From assembly GCF_006345805.1 (NCBI RefSeq), contig NC_042997.1:101556001-101620000 (forward strand): a stretch of 64,000 nucleotides of DNA, read 5' to 3'. Origin of the DNA: Octopus sinensis. Its lineage: Eukaryota. Made by a program: the position numbers and the translations under genes. Below the pieces are notes generated by a model that worked only from the letters and a program-made list of their open reading frames with translations, was not told the DNA's origin and searched no databases. This document shows, in pieces, positions 11,596-25,349 of this stretch (the stretch's first letter is position 1; each line of letters starts with the position of its first letter).

Positions 11596-12705
11596 CTTTT
11601 CCCTCACATACACATAATAAAACACACACACACACACAAAGTATGCCTTTACTGAAAAGCAGTGCTTCAAATTTGAAGATAGTAATGCTTTCAAAAATCT
11701 ATATTTTCAAACACTTATATTTTGCTTGTTACATTAGTTTTCTGGAGTCTTTATATATATATATATATATTTTTAATCTATCCTATATATTTTATTTGTT
11801 TCTATAGCTTTTCACTTATTGATTTTAATTCTTTCTTACATAGAATGAAGAAAGTTAAATACAGCACACATTTTCTCTACAAGTGACCCTGAACCTGAAT
11901 GCGGTCTTTATAAGAATATTACATATAAAGTAAAACCTTTAAAGATCTTCCATTGATGTCTTCTGGGCTTCTACATATTAGAACGACCTTGGAAGGATTT
12001 CAACTCAGATCTGTAAGCACAATTTTTTTTTTCATGACTCAGTTAACTTAGATGTCTTGTCGGTTCCTAATGGTTCCATAATTGTTTAGATTAAGGCATA
12101 AAGTTTTACCTTGCCAATATATTTAACATATTCAATAAAGCTTTTGGAATCATCAAAAAATATGTTATGATTTAAGATTCTGAAACTTTAAGATTTTGCT
12201 CATTTTTGGATTAATATAACCCTTCTTCTTCATTCATTATAATTGCATCTCCTCATCCTTAATACATATCTAACCGTGCCTTACTTCCCTCATACTCTCT
12301 TACAACACCTACTCACTGACACTTCCTGTTCTTCTGTCCCCAGTTACTTCTGTTCACTGTTTTGAACTTGAGGGCCTGGCATCTCATCACCACTTTCTTA
12401 TCTCTCTTTCCAGCTCCACCTTGGTTGCTCCAATACACTCTTCTGCAACAAGAAACCTGTTCCAGTACCGTCTTTTATACTCCAACCTTTCATCACCTAG
12501 TATAAGCCACTTTGTTGTGGAAGTTTGTTGACATTTTCCTGTCAACAAATTATCTGGTAGTTCCTTGCTTTCAAAGATAATCAGAACAAAACTTCCCTTG
12601 CTTGAAAAAGAGTGTTAGTGACAGAAAGGACATCCAGCCGTAAAAACAATGCCAACTAAAATGTATTTGTCTAACCCATGCTAGAATGGTAAAAATGGAT
12701 GTAAA

Positions 12706-13440
12706 TCATCATCATTTAACATTCAATGTCCATGCTAGCATGGGTTGGACAGTTTGACCAAGGCTGGTGAGCTGAAAGGCTGCACCAGACTCCAGTCTCA
12801 TTTGACTTGGTTTTCTATGGCTGGATGCCCTTCCTAACACAAACCACTCTGAGAGTATAATGGGTCCTTTTACATGCCACCAGCATGGGTGCCATTTGCA
12901 TGACACCGGTATCTGCCATGGCTGTGATTTTGCTCGGCTTGATGGGTCTTCTTCTCAAGCATGACATAATGCCAAAGGTCTTGGTCATTGCCTCTGTGAG
13001 GCCCAACACTTGGAAGGAACTCAACCACTTTACCTCCATGAGGTTCAACACTCAAAAGGAAATCAGCCAATTTGCTTTCGTGAGGCCCAATGCTCGAACG
13101 GTGCTCTTTACGTGCCACCAGCATGGGTGCCAGTTATGTGACACCAACATCAGCCATGACTACAATTTCACTTGGCTTGATGGGTCTTCTCAAGCACAGC
13201 ATATCGCCAAAGATTTTGGTCACTAGTCATTGCCTCTGCAAGGTTCAAAGTTTGAAGATCATGCTTTACCCCTTCATCCCATGTCTTCCTGGGTCTACCT
13301 CTACCACAGGTTTCCTCCACAGTTAGAGATCGGCACTTCCTTACACAGCTGTTCTCATCCATATGCATCACATGACCATACCAGCACAGTCATCTCTCTT
13401 GCACGCCACATCTCATGCCTCTTAATGCCTAACTTGAATG
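12706..13440 (-). mobile_element. 5'-truncated RTE LINE 3' end with duplicated ORF-terminal segment
   Basis: ORF 13168-13371 reads CRSLTVEETCGRGRPRKTWDE...EKTHQAK*. A second copy of the ORF end lies at about 12920-13050. Conserved 3'UTR and (GAT)n tail present. Confidence 0.85.
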
Positions 13441-14672
13441 AAAATTATATATATATGAATGAATGGAAATTAAAATGAAAATTATATATATAAAATGAAA
13501 GTCATTAGGGCATCAGAAAGAATATCTTGTGTTTGTTCTGGCTTTGTGTCCAAATCTCCTCTGTTTTTCACCTTTCCAAGGTAAACACATATAGCACCAG
13601 CCAAAATGGTGTTTTGGTGGATGGAATGTTAGAGTATTGAGGGTTATGCCTCATGGTATCCATTTACACTCAGTGCATTCTGAGTTCAAATCCCACCTCT
13701 TATTACCATAGGCAAACCAGTGATAGACTTAAAAAGTCTTTAAGGAACTACCCAAGTATTTCAGCTGATCACTCTCCATGGCAGTGTAGTAGCTTCCAGG
13801 AGAGAATCAAAACAGAGTTTTAAGTTTTGTGAATTCAGGCACCCAACAAACAATGATACATATATGTGAATGACGTGTGTGTGTGTGTGTAATGTTTTTA
13901 TGTAGTGTAGGGCTAGTTGTTTTAGAATAATTCTTCAACAGCTGTAGAATATTTTTGTGTTGTTGAGGAGACACAAAGCCAACATTTGTAGACCTTGATT
14001 GCAGAAATGGGAATGGGAGATAATCCATTGAAGTAATTCCAATATATTAATGGTACATATTTTATCAAAGTCAATCAGATGAAATATAAAAGTTAAGCCC
14101 ACTAAGATTTTTATCCAAAAATAAAGAATATCAGATAGTGTTGGCTTTATCAATTCAGTGCTTTGCTTAAGTAATACAACTTTTAAAGATATTGGAAAAC
14201 AATCTATGATCTATGATCAATATTTATCTCTAATTCCTAATAATATTAAGCAGATGAGAGATAAATATCCACCAGGCTAAGATACTAATCTAGCAGGTGT
14301 GACATTTTTTAGTAGTAGCATTGAACTGAACTATGTGAGCAAATAGAACATTCATTTTTCACTAGTCACAGCAGTGGATTGTTTCCTCTCTGCACAACCT
14401 AATTACTATTAGGTAGACTGAACTTGGTGGCTGATGCAATACAGTACTAGTAACAGGATATGAACTACCAATCGCCCAGTTAGTTTGTTTGTTAACCTAT
14501 TGACTCGGCTATCACACTGAAGTGTTAAATGTTTCTTTATTCAAGACTAGCTTAAAAGCTGCACTCTGTGTGGACTTTTCAGCTAGCTCCTGCAGAGGGC
14601 TAATTGAGCCTGTGGCCCAAAACTAAAGAGAGCTAAATAACATGACTATAATATGTCTATAATAACTATATA

Positions 14673-14857
14673 GGTGCAGGAGTGGCTGTGTGGTAAGTAG
14701 CTTGCTTACCAACCACATGGTTCCGGGTTCAGTCCCACTGCGTGGCACCTTGGGCAAGTGTCCCCTACTATAGCCTCGGGCCGATCAAAGCCTTGTGAGT
14801 GGATTTGGTTGACAGAAACTGAAAGAAGCCCGTCGTATATATGTATGTATATATATA

Positions 14858-14916
<59 letters not shown>

Positions 14917-15125
14917 CATGTATGTTTGTGTGTCTGTGTTTGTCCCCCTAGCATTGCTTGACAACCGATGCTGGTGTGTTTATGTCCCCGTCACTTAGCG
15001 GTTCAGCAAAAGAGACCAATAGAATAAGTACTGGGCTTACAAAGAATAAGTTGCTCGACTAAAGGCAGTGCTCCAGCATGGCCACAGTCAACTGACTGAA
15101 ACAAGTAAAGGAGAGAGAGAGAGAG
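14673..15125 (+). mobile_element. Full-length tRNA-derived SINE (family A) with internal (TA)n(TG)n tract
   Basis: A-box-like TGGCTGTGTGG and B-box-like GGGTTCAGTCCC. The body and tail (GGTGCTCCAGCATGGCC...GACTGAAACAAGTAAA type) recur many times in the window. Confidence 0.9.
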
Positions 15126-16907
15126 TATATGCCACAGTGGTGTTTGATCAGGGGTTAAGGATGGATGAGAATTAATTCTGTAATGCAATCATTCTATTGT
15201 TCCAGTCCAAGTTGAATTCCAGCTGTTGGCCAATTCATCCCAAAGTTATTATCTTGATGTAAAATTAACGAAGTGAATGTCATTTATCTCCCCACTTGCT
15301 CTCTGACAGCATCTGATAAATGCCAACCAAGATGGTATGAATCAGCCAAGCTTTACCTGTTAGAAATAGCAACCCAAATATTTTAAAATATTTCCACATG
15401 CAGTCATTGTATTTTGTATGGTACTGTACATAGTCAGTTGTTCATCAGTTTTCAAATGAAATAATATATTACTGTTTCTGATATGCAATGTGCATACAGA
15501 ATATTAAGATGAATATTTTAATATTCTGTTTAATGATTTTTAGATATGTATATCTTGCAACATTAAGAGGAGTCATTGAAATTCATTTGTAGAGAGGTAA
15601 AAGCTGAACTAAACTGACTATATTAATGTTCATACGTGTAATCACTAATGTGCAGTTTAGATAGAACTAATGATATATAGTGTTTCTCAGATTGACACTA
15701 TTCATTGAACTTGAGAAAAAGCAACAATAATGTTTCATAGTATATTGGAAATACTGAGAACAAACAAAAAGACATTTCTAAAATCCATTGCTACAGTGGT
15801 AGGCATGTGTAATGCTTTTTGCTAAACCAGGCATTTCAAGTATAAACTGATGGTTTCTAATGTTTCTTTTAAACTTGTGTATTGAAATGGTTTCTGTTAG
15901 CAAAAGTTTGAGTTCTCTCTTTACTTATTGGATGCTACCCACTCAAAAACTACTGATATAATCCCAGCTACGCCTGGGTAAGACAGATATCAGACAATCA
16001 GCTCCCCCAAAACTGTTTTATAGCAAGCTACAAAAGAAGTTGTCTCAGAGATTACATGATGCAATATGAGATGCTTAAATCATATCTAAAACCATTTGCC
16101 ATAAATCTTGCCACTTGAAGTATACCATTGGACCAGGTTAAATAGTGCTCCTTATTGCTCAAAGACCAACATGCAACAGAGCAAAGGAGGCAAGCTAGGA
16201 AGACCAGAGCAAGTAGTCTTCAAGATAAGCTCCCCATCATCACTTCTAACTGCCAAAGTACTTTTTGTAAAAGAGATGAGTCTCATTAACCATTTGTACA
16301 CTCATCTGATTGACAGAGTGAGTATACAGCTGAATGATAAGGCCAATAGGCTTGTTGAAGTGTGGGACCCATAACAGCCAAATCACACATGTCTGAAGAC
16401 TGAACTCCCCTATTTATAGTCCTGCTGACATTTCTATTAAAATGCATTTTCCTGTAGCATATTCTTTCTTCTCCTTCATCCTGTAACATACCAAACTTTC
16501 CCATACCACCTTGTCCACAGTTTAAAGGACAATTTCTGCAAGCATCACCATTCGCATCTATAATGACACTCAGGACATTTGCAAACCTATGGTTTGCTAT
16601 TTCAACTTGTCAGTGTATTCCATTGACAATATCTTATTTTGAGACTACTACACACCACTGATCCTTTTATATACATAAATATAAGAAATGCCCTGCCTTC
16701 ATTATTGATATGGCTTCACTAACAAGCATAAACAATCAGTTTTCCTTTTCCTAATTCATACTCCCATTTCCTGATTTTAACTCTTCTTCTCATTGATGTT
16801 CCCATCTCTTACAGCCATTCAGTGGCCTTTCTATTAACCTTATTTCTTTTCCTGCTTATTTGTATAAATTTCTGTGTATAAGTAAGTGTATGTGTGTTTA
16901 TGTATGT

Positions 16908-17530
16908 CATCATCATCATCGTTTAACTGCCACTTTCCATGCTGGCATGGGTTGGATGGTTTGACTGAAGACTGGTGAGCCAGAGGCTGCACCAGGCTCA
17001 ATCTAATCTGGCAAAGTTTCTACAGCTGGATGCCCTTCCTAATGCCAACCACTCCGAGAGTGTAGTGGCTGCTTTTACGTGCTACTGACACGAGAGCCAG
17101 TCATGCGGTTCTGGCAATGACCATGCTCAAAGGTGTTTTTACATGCTACATGCATGGGAGCCAGGCTGGCTGTACTGGCATATGTACTGGTAAGGCAACA
17201 CTGGCAACGATCATGCTCAAATAGTGCTGTTCATGTGTCACCAGCATGGGAACCAATCCGTGGCTCTGGCAATGATCATGCTTGGATGTGCTTTTAACGT
17301 TCCACTGGCACGAGTGCCAACCAGGTGGTACTGTCATCGGCCATGTTAGCGGTTTTGATTTATTTACACTTGCTTCAGTAGGTCTTCACAAGCAAAGTTC
17401 ATTGTCCAATGAATGAGAGATACTCATAAGTGGGCTGGTTACACCCTATGTTCGGGTGTGCTTTCAACGTTCCACTGGCACGAGTTTCAATTAGGTGGTA
17501 CTGTCATCGCCCATGTCAGCAATTTTGATT
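16908..17530 (-). mobile_element. RTE 3'UTR fragment with (GAT)n tail
   Basis: Same 3'UTR and tail as the copy at 7898-8689. Confidence 0.8.
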
Positions 17531-18999
17531 TTGATCTGCATGAATTAACTTCTACAGTTTGAGAAACAAGTTGTAAAATAAATATCTTAAGAGTTTAATC
17601 AAACCAATATTCCTTTTCTCTTTTATGTTGAGTATAAAGTTTGAAAATGATTCTCCAAACATCATACTAATCCTTTAATAGTTTGGTTATTCATATATAG
17701 GAAATATAAAGTGGCAAGCTGGCAGAATTATTATCACACTGGGTAAAATGCTTAGCAATAGTTCTTATTTCTTTATTGCCCACATATTACCCAAATATTC
17801 TAGTTGTTCTATGCTCAAACCAGCCAGATCCAGCCTATCAAATCTACCCCACAATGTCATTCTAAAAATAGGCTAAAGATAAATCACATCATCAGAATCT
17901 CAAAACAACAAGATAATGTATGGTTAATTCTAAACAATGTGAAAAATAAGCATCACATTTGACAGTGTTATTAAAGAGCTGAGAAAACAATACGCTATGA
18001 ATAGTGATGTTGTAGAGATAAACAAGCATACACATACACACACACACATATACAACAAGCTTCTTTCAGTTTCTGACTACCAAATCCACTCACAAGGCTT
18101 TGGTCAGCCTGAGGACTGAACCCAGAACCATGTGGTTGGGAAGCAAGCTTCTTTACCACACAGTTATGCCTGCACTCTGTCTGTTTGTCCTCCAAACATC
18201 ACTTGACAACCGATCTTGGTAGCAGTTCAGCAAAAGTGACTGATAGAATAAGTACTAGGCTTAGAAAGAATAAATCCTGGGGTCAATTTCTTCAACTAAA
18301 GCCCTTTAAGGTGGTGCTCAAATAGCCAAAACAAGTGAAAGGGAGAAAAGATACACACACACACACTCACACACACACACAATTCATTCAGAATCTAAAT
18401 CAGTACAAAATTGATGCAAATATTTTTAGAATGATATATTGGAAACCCTACATACATAGGAAACCCTACATACATATGGTGTTAAATGATATGCTTAAGG
18501 ATAGATTTTAATGTAATTGAAATAAATTCATGAAATAAACAGAAGTGGTATGTTTCTCTTGAACCAACAAGGAGTATTTAACAAATTGATAAGATGTGCT
18601 ACTCAAAATAAACATGTCATTTTTAAACTGGAAGTGTTAATTTTTATAGCCAAAATATTCAATTGCTAATTAGAAATACTTTTAAGGGTTTCATAAAAAC
18701 TTACTTTCTTTTAAATTTTTTTTTTTAATGGGTGATCAAAAAAAATCTCTAATTCATAGAAATTGTTTCTAAAATAAGCATTCTGATTAGTAAAAGAATG
18801 TAAAACAAAACAGATGGTAAGAGTGTTGATAAATAATTTTTTTGATATTGTTTGAAAGAAGAATCTGAAGTTGGCCTCATTCATTGACTCTTCAAAATGA
18901 AATAAAAACTGGAATTCAAATCATACAAATGGAATTCAAATCATTCTAATTAATACTTCTCAAATTCATGTTAATTTAGTATAGTATGGAAAACTTGTT

Positions 19000-19730
19000 C
19001 AAAGAGAATGTTCTTGAGAGGAAGTAAAATATGGAATAGGCATGGGCGTGACTCCATGACACAGGCATGGCTGGGAGGCACAGGCACAGGTGTAACTGGG
19101 GGAAACAAAGGCATAGCTGGGAGGCAGTAGTGAGGTGCAGCTTAGCTGGGTGGCACAGTTATGGCTTGGGAGGCACAGGCATGACTGGGAGACACATGAA
19201 TAGCTGAGAAGCATGGGCACAGTTTTGGTTCATAAGATTAAGCTCAAGGTGGTTTTGTCATTTACACATGCCATCCTTGCTACATTCACCCATCTTTTTT
19301 TGAAACATTCACTAGACAAAACTTCCCTCTCTACTCTCACCTTCCTCTTCAAGTGATACTCGAAGAAGTTGATGAGAGATTCACCAGAGAGGAAAGTGTT
19401 TGTCTGTAGACCTTTCAGACGCATCTACCATACACATTCTTTCGCTATAGCCACAATTATGTTGAAAATGGCTCTTCCTTCCTGTTTCAAGGAAGGAGGT
19501 GCAACAATATTCACGATAGACTCGGATGATAAACTGAATTGTCCCACATGCAATAGCAGTCGTTCGACATAGGCTCACAGGTCAGAAATGGTTGGACACT
19601 GTACAAGTGTGTGCAGAACAGTTTAATTGCTCTGACTCCATCTCGGGCAGGTCAGCCTCATGTTCCTGAAGCCATGCCTGTAGAGCTTATCCCAAACGAG
19701 TAGCGCTTCTCAATAGCACTGCCATTTGCT
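19000..19730 (-). mobile_element. L1/Tx1-type LINE 3' fragment (ORF2 zinc knuckle, C-terminus and 3'UTR), decayed
   Basis: RDKL*RHG...TCPRWSQSN*TVLHTLVQC is a degenerate CX2C-H-C knuckle. It continues AKECVW*MRLKG...FEYHLKRKVRVEREVLSSECFKKRW, with stop at 19230 and a GC-richer repetitive 3'UTR. Confidence 0.65.
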
Positions 19731-22700
19731 GAAATTTTCTTGAGAACACACTCTTCATGGTAAGGAAATTTGATGTCTATCTTTAGCATATTAGGAATCC
19801 ATTTTGGTAGTCATTCCTCTTAATTTTGTATGTAATATAATTTTTAATCTTCAGATTTTTTAAATATTCTAAGCCACTGGTTTTAATTGATTAATATCAA
19901 TTTCTACCCTTGTTATTTAATTTTAAGTATATATATATATATATATGTATAAGTTTTCACGGTGTATTGTTTACTTAAGGCCTAGTCAGAAATTTATAAA
20001 ATTATCCTAATTTGAAAACCAACATTTAACATGTATAGAAACCTGTTACATAAAAGAATTACACATATTGTGTAGATACTCTATATTTAAATGCAAAAGG
20101 AAATTGATGAGTAATTTGATAAGTATAACTGAAGGAAAACTAAGTTCAAATAATATGAGTTCACTCTAAAGTGCACAAAATGGTCAAAACTTAATTGAGA
20201 ATAGCCATAGTAGAATGAAGCTAAAAGCAAACTAAGTCTGCTATGTAGAATTATTTCCTAGTTAGGGATTTTTTGATTGCTACAGAATACCAAAAAATCA
20301 ATGAAGCTGTATCCTATAACAAAGAGTCAAATAACAGAAAAATCTTTAGCACTAGTTGTATGAAATTCAGAAATTTCTTGTTCCTTCTAATCAAAGTAAT
20401 TATCTTTATTTGGATTAACACTGTACCTGCTGACACAGAAAATAGTCACAACTGATAGGAATGACCTTTTAAATGCTTATGCAATCTAGAGTAAACGGAA
20501 ATTATTTACTTCAATTGGGATTTATAGGGACTGACTAAGAATAGATGTAGGAAATATATTAATAACTTTAATCATCTTCTAATGGGTTAAAATAATCAAT
20601 ACTAACTATCAACACAAGCAGAAATATGTTAAGGTAAGGAATTATTGTGTGTAATAGGGGGAAATGATATCAGACTTATAGCTTGAGGTCTCTGATAGAC
20701 TGAAACAAAATAAAATGAAAAGAAAAAAGAAAAAAATGGCAAGACAATTAAAAGGTCAAGAAAGAAAGTTAAGTGTGTCGGAGAATTATGTAGGACATTG
20801 AAATGTAAGAGAAACTATGGTTGAATAAACTAATTGAGTGTATTTTTTTCCTCTCTCTATCTCCCCCCCTCTCTCTCTCTTCTTTTCTGTTAGAGGAAAA
20901 GGAACAGTACTCATGACCTTTGCAGTCATGACCTCATAGTTTGGTGCAATCACTACTATTAATTTTCATTTTGAATGTCTGTAGAGAGATGTGGACCGGA
21001 AAAACTGGTGGGAGAGATTTCCAGTTCTGAGGGGGAATGATTGGGAAAAGTTTTTATTGTGATATCTAGAGGTTGAAATACAGCGATAACGAGAGAAGTA
21101 CACATTGGTGAACCTGACTTTCTTTGGGCTGATTTATATGTATTGGCAGTATCATTACTAGTTATGCAAACAGTACTTTAATGTAAACCTTGAGCTTTGT
21201 AGAGGGTCAACTGTTGATAAGACTGAAGTGTTTTCTAAATGTGAAAAGGAAACTTAGTCTTTAAGATACAGTTTTGACAATGCAATACATGTAAGGTTAC
21301 TGTTAAAGATCATCAGAGATTATGAAGCCATCAGCTTTGAGGAATTTAATTGTAAGTTGTTCATGTGTAAGGAGGGTGGAAAATATAAGAGTTTCCTGAC
21401 AAATGTGCTTGATGCTATTGAATGAGCCTAGATTATGTTGACCCCATTGTAGGATGTTTTCAAAATGTTTCTGTTCATGGAATCAGTGCTTGGGGTTTCT
21501 ATATTGTATATGCAACTGTATGTAGAAAGATATGCTGGAGTGTGTGTGTTTATATAACAAAAGTTGATCATTTAATGTAGAGGAAAAAATCTCAATAACA
21601 TAAGCAAAACTTGGGCTTTTCTATAGTTTATGGAACAGCATCAAACATTGTACTGGAGTAGTTTGAAAAGAAACTTCTGATCCCAGAGATGAAAGGCAGA
21701 TGGGGGCCACAAGCCGGGAACTTAACTAGGAGAGCACCATTCTTAATAATGCTGAAGGTTTTTCTGATGTCAAGAATGACAATCTTCCTTTCACCAAAAT
21801 TTTTCTCAAGAGTGAAAGGCCATTAGTATGTAAGGAAGAAAAGTATGTCTCCTGTAGTTATGATCTCTACAGAAACCATGCTAATCAGTCAATGAAAACA
21901 GATTTAAAGTGAGAAATAGGTTGCTGATTTCAACTATCTCTATCATCTTTGCAATTCATGAAGTGGTTGGTGTTAGGAAGGGCATTCATCTATAGAAACC
22001 ATGTCAAAACTGACTGCATCTGTCACATTCCCGTCCCCCCCAACCTTCTCACATACAATTATCCCAAGCCTACACACCATCATTTCACACTATCCCACAC
22101 TACAACACATACCTGCACACCACCACACAAACAAGAAACTATATGCACCCCTATCTCACACACACAAACAAACAGTCTCTGTGGTATATTTCTAAAGATC
22201 CCTCTGACAAGAGAAAAATTGAAGGATTTGGACAAGATAGAAGTGAATGGTGAAATACTGTTTAAGGATAAAAGAAGATAACTGGGGGAGGAAATCAGAG
22301 CAATCAGAGATGTTTTTGAAAATGGTGACTGTGTTTGCATAATGATGAGACTGGTGGATTAAATGAGGAGAGTTTAAGATGCTTCACTGCAAGTGTGCAG
22401 TGTTTGAAGCAAAGCCAATAGTTTAACACGCATTAAGAACCCCTAAATGCTTGGTTTGGGAGCAGGAGTAAGAGGAAGAACCTTTAAGTTTGTTGAGATC
22501 CACTTTTCAAGGGACCAGAAAGCCAAGTTGTAATGTGGAAATCAAAAGAACTTGCAGGCCATACAGTGCACAAGACATTATATATATTTGAATAATCACA
22601 GATAAGAACAATTTGCAAATCTTGTAGACACTTTTTGTTGTTGTTAAGAATACCAAGTCAGTTTTGCATGTGGAAGCTAATGATTAGTGTATACGAGCCT

Positions 22701-24776
22701 GGTGCAGCTGCTGGTTCTTCAGACCTCAGTCAAACTGTCCAGCCCATGCCAGTATGGAAAACAGACGTTAATCGATGATGATGATGAAGGTGTAAATGCA
22801 CTTGAAACCCAGAATAGAAGGAAAGCAAAATGAGATACAAAAAATAAAAATTTTTAGCAAATCAAAGAGCAATAACAAAAATTGATATTTTTTAACAGAT
22901 TAACCACCATTGCCAATGCACTTTGTGTGTGTGTGAGTGAGTGTGTGTGTGCACCTATCTTTCTCTTGTGGCTGAGATTATTTTCTGTTACAAGTAAGAT
23001 TTTTTTGAGTATTGTTGATCTCATAACAGATTTTTGATGTGTAAGACATGGTATTTATTACAATGTGACTGTTACTTTATTTACACCTTGTTATTGTTTA
23101 GTCCCAAGTTAGCCTTAATGAAGCAGACCTATGATCAAAGGCCACCCAGCCTGTCTTTTTAAGGGTGTTTAGAAATACATTATCCTGGGTATCATTTACT
23201 TTTTCATGACAGTACATTGTCATGTGAGGGAAATTTAGCTGCTATTTCTAGTAGATCAAGTAACAACATAGAGGCTCCATTATGTTTTACTAGTTTTTTT
23301 TTTTCCAATCAATTGAAGCATGTTGCATCTGTTTTGACATCCAATCTATTTTTATATGATCAATATCTCAAGAGTAGTGTATAGTATTTCAGTTCTTTAA
23401 GATGTATTAACTATTAAGACAATAGTAAGCTTTGATAGAAACATCATCTCGTATTATTTTTATGTTATGTTGTTTCCATGAATTATATCAAATTTTACTG
23501 TTAGTCTATAACTTGTTATGGCTATTTCATCATTCTATCACAGCTTTGAAGATTCTATAAGTGTCCAAATAATTAGGAATTGTTAATGCAATTTTTTTTT
23601 ATAGCAGAATCTTGTGCTTAAAACTCAGCGTCTAAGTAGACTAAAACAAAAATATAGAACAATAACCCACTTGTTCAGTAACTTGATCACACAGGTGCTT
23701 CACCTGTATAGTCACCATATCTCTCTGTTATTCAAATCACATTTTGAAAATTAAAAGCACATTTATCCTTCCATAAAATTAGTGCACATGTTTGTGTATA
23801 TGTATGTGTGTGTGTGTATGTATATGTGTATGTATCTGTATGTTTATGTATATGTTTATGTATGTATGTGTGTGTGCCTCTACATGTTTATGTATGTGTG
23901 TATGCACATATAACATATAATCACCCTACTTGCATAAATACCTACAAATAATGCCTAGCAGCAAGTCATTAATCCATCTTGCACTGAAAATCACGTTTAA
24001 ATTGTTTTCATACCTGGCAAACAATCAAATAGTTTCTGATTTCCTTCCAATCAGTCAGGTGAAAGCCCAGCTTATGTATCACTGCTCTTCTGTTACCTTT
24101 ACAATGGAGAAGTTGATGATGAGTAAAAAGTCTTACATCATTGTATTTCTACTATTCAAATATGTATATATTCTTACTCATGTACATAAACAATAGAAGG
24201 GAATGTACATTTTTTTACACATAGTTATGTAGACCATTTAACACTCGAGTATAGATGTATCTTTGCATGTACGTAAATAAGTGTTTGTGTCATGATGTTG
24301 CAACTATATGCATGTCTATTTCACACACACATATACATATATAAATGTTTTTATATATAACCATGCAGTCTGATTAGCTTTTGGAACTGTATAGCATAGT
24401 TCTTTTTTTTTTCTCTGGTTTTATAAATTATGGTAAGATTATTGTTTGATGTGACTGATTTCTTAAAATCATTTCCTAAAATATGCCTATGTTTACTGCA
24501 CAATTCATACTATTTAAAAACTATGTATCAATTAAAATCTTCCCCAGGAAATATAATAGATTTCAAATTCCTAACCAACAGTTGTGTCAGAAATATAATG
24601 AATCATGATTTTGAAACTCCATCATTGTTTTGCAAATTATTTTTTAAGAATATTTTTCATCTTTCCATACAAATACATGCATATTATTTTCACCTTCCCA
24701 TGAAAGACTCTCTCAAAATCATTTATTTGCGAAGTAAAATTCACAGAAAACCCTTACCACATACTGTTTTGCAACA

Positions 24777-25349
24777 ATGGTATCAAATGATATTGATATA
24801 CGCACTGTCGAGAAATTTGTTCGAGATTTAAGTTATGAAATATCTCAAAGGGAATATTATCGCCATGTCCTGCAGAGACGATATCAAAAGGAGCATCTTC
24901 TGAGAAAATTTTACCAAGATCTTTTGCTTCAAAGACAACTAAGAGAACATTTAAAAGGAACTTATTATCATGAGCATTATCAAAAGCAACGTCTTCATGA
25001 ACAAAATCTACGGAAATATTATCAAGAACACTTGAGGAGAAGCCAATTCCAGCTGCTTTTGCTAAAGAAACTGAATCAAAATGTTTTTGATTCGTGTCTA
25101 TACAAAGAATATTTGCAAAGAGAACAATTGCAATTACTGCTTTTGAAGCAAGAACAAAATCTATCAAAACAACTAAAGAACCAAAAAGAGTGTACCTTTA
25201 TAAATTTTCAAAAGTACAATTCCTGTGATGAACTTTTCCTTGTAAAAGAATACCAACATATCTTTCAGGAAAAATTATACAAGCATATATTACAGACAAA
25301 GCTATATCAAAATATGTCCATAAAAAATTCATTTAATCACAATGATTAA
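24777..25349 (+). CDS. Hypothetical 190-aa Q/E/K/L/Y/H-rich helical protein (orphan-like, not TE-like)
   Basis: Longest non-TE ORF. Start context ACAATGG, AATAAA at 25428-25433. Internal repeats (QFQLLLLK / QLQLLLLK, EHLLRKFYQD / EQNLRKYYQE) differ largely by synonymous codons. Confidence 0.6.
   Translation: MVSNDIDIRTVEKFVRDLSYEISQREYYRHVLQRRYQKEHLLRKFYQDLLLQRQLREHLKGTYYHEHYQKQRLHEQNLRKYYQEHLRRSQFQLLLLKKLNQNVFDSCLYKEYLQREQLQLLLLKQEQNLSKQLKNQKECTFINFQKYNSCDELFLVKEYQHIFQEKLYKHILQTKLYQNMSIKNSFNHND

Noticed and set aside
15950-16600. Possible decayed LINE-like coding remnant on the minus strand
   Set aside because: Only vague similarity and many stops; no diagnostic motif.
20480-20720. IGLTKNR...-like PLE endonuclease remnant
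   Set aside because: Needs a frameshift and rests on one short motif.
24430-24831. 133-aa plus ORF upstream of and overlapping the 190-aa ORF
   Set aside because: No recognisable motif, length near what chance can give in 64 kb, and its ATG doubles as a splice-donor context.
24754-25167. 137-aa antisense ORF overlapping the 190-aa ORF
   Set aside because: Positions that vary synonymously in the plus frame fall on second codon positions of this frame, so it is more likely a compositional shadow.
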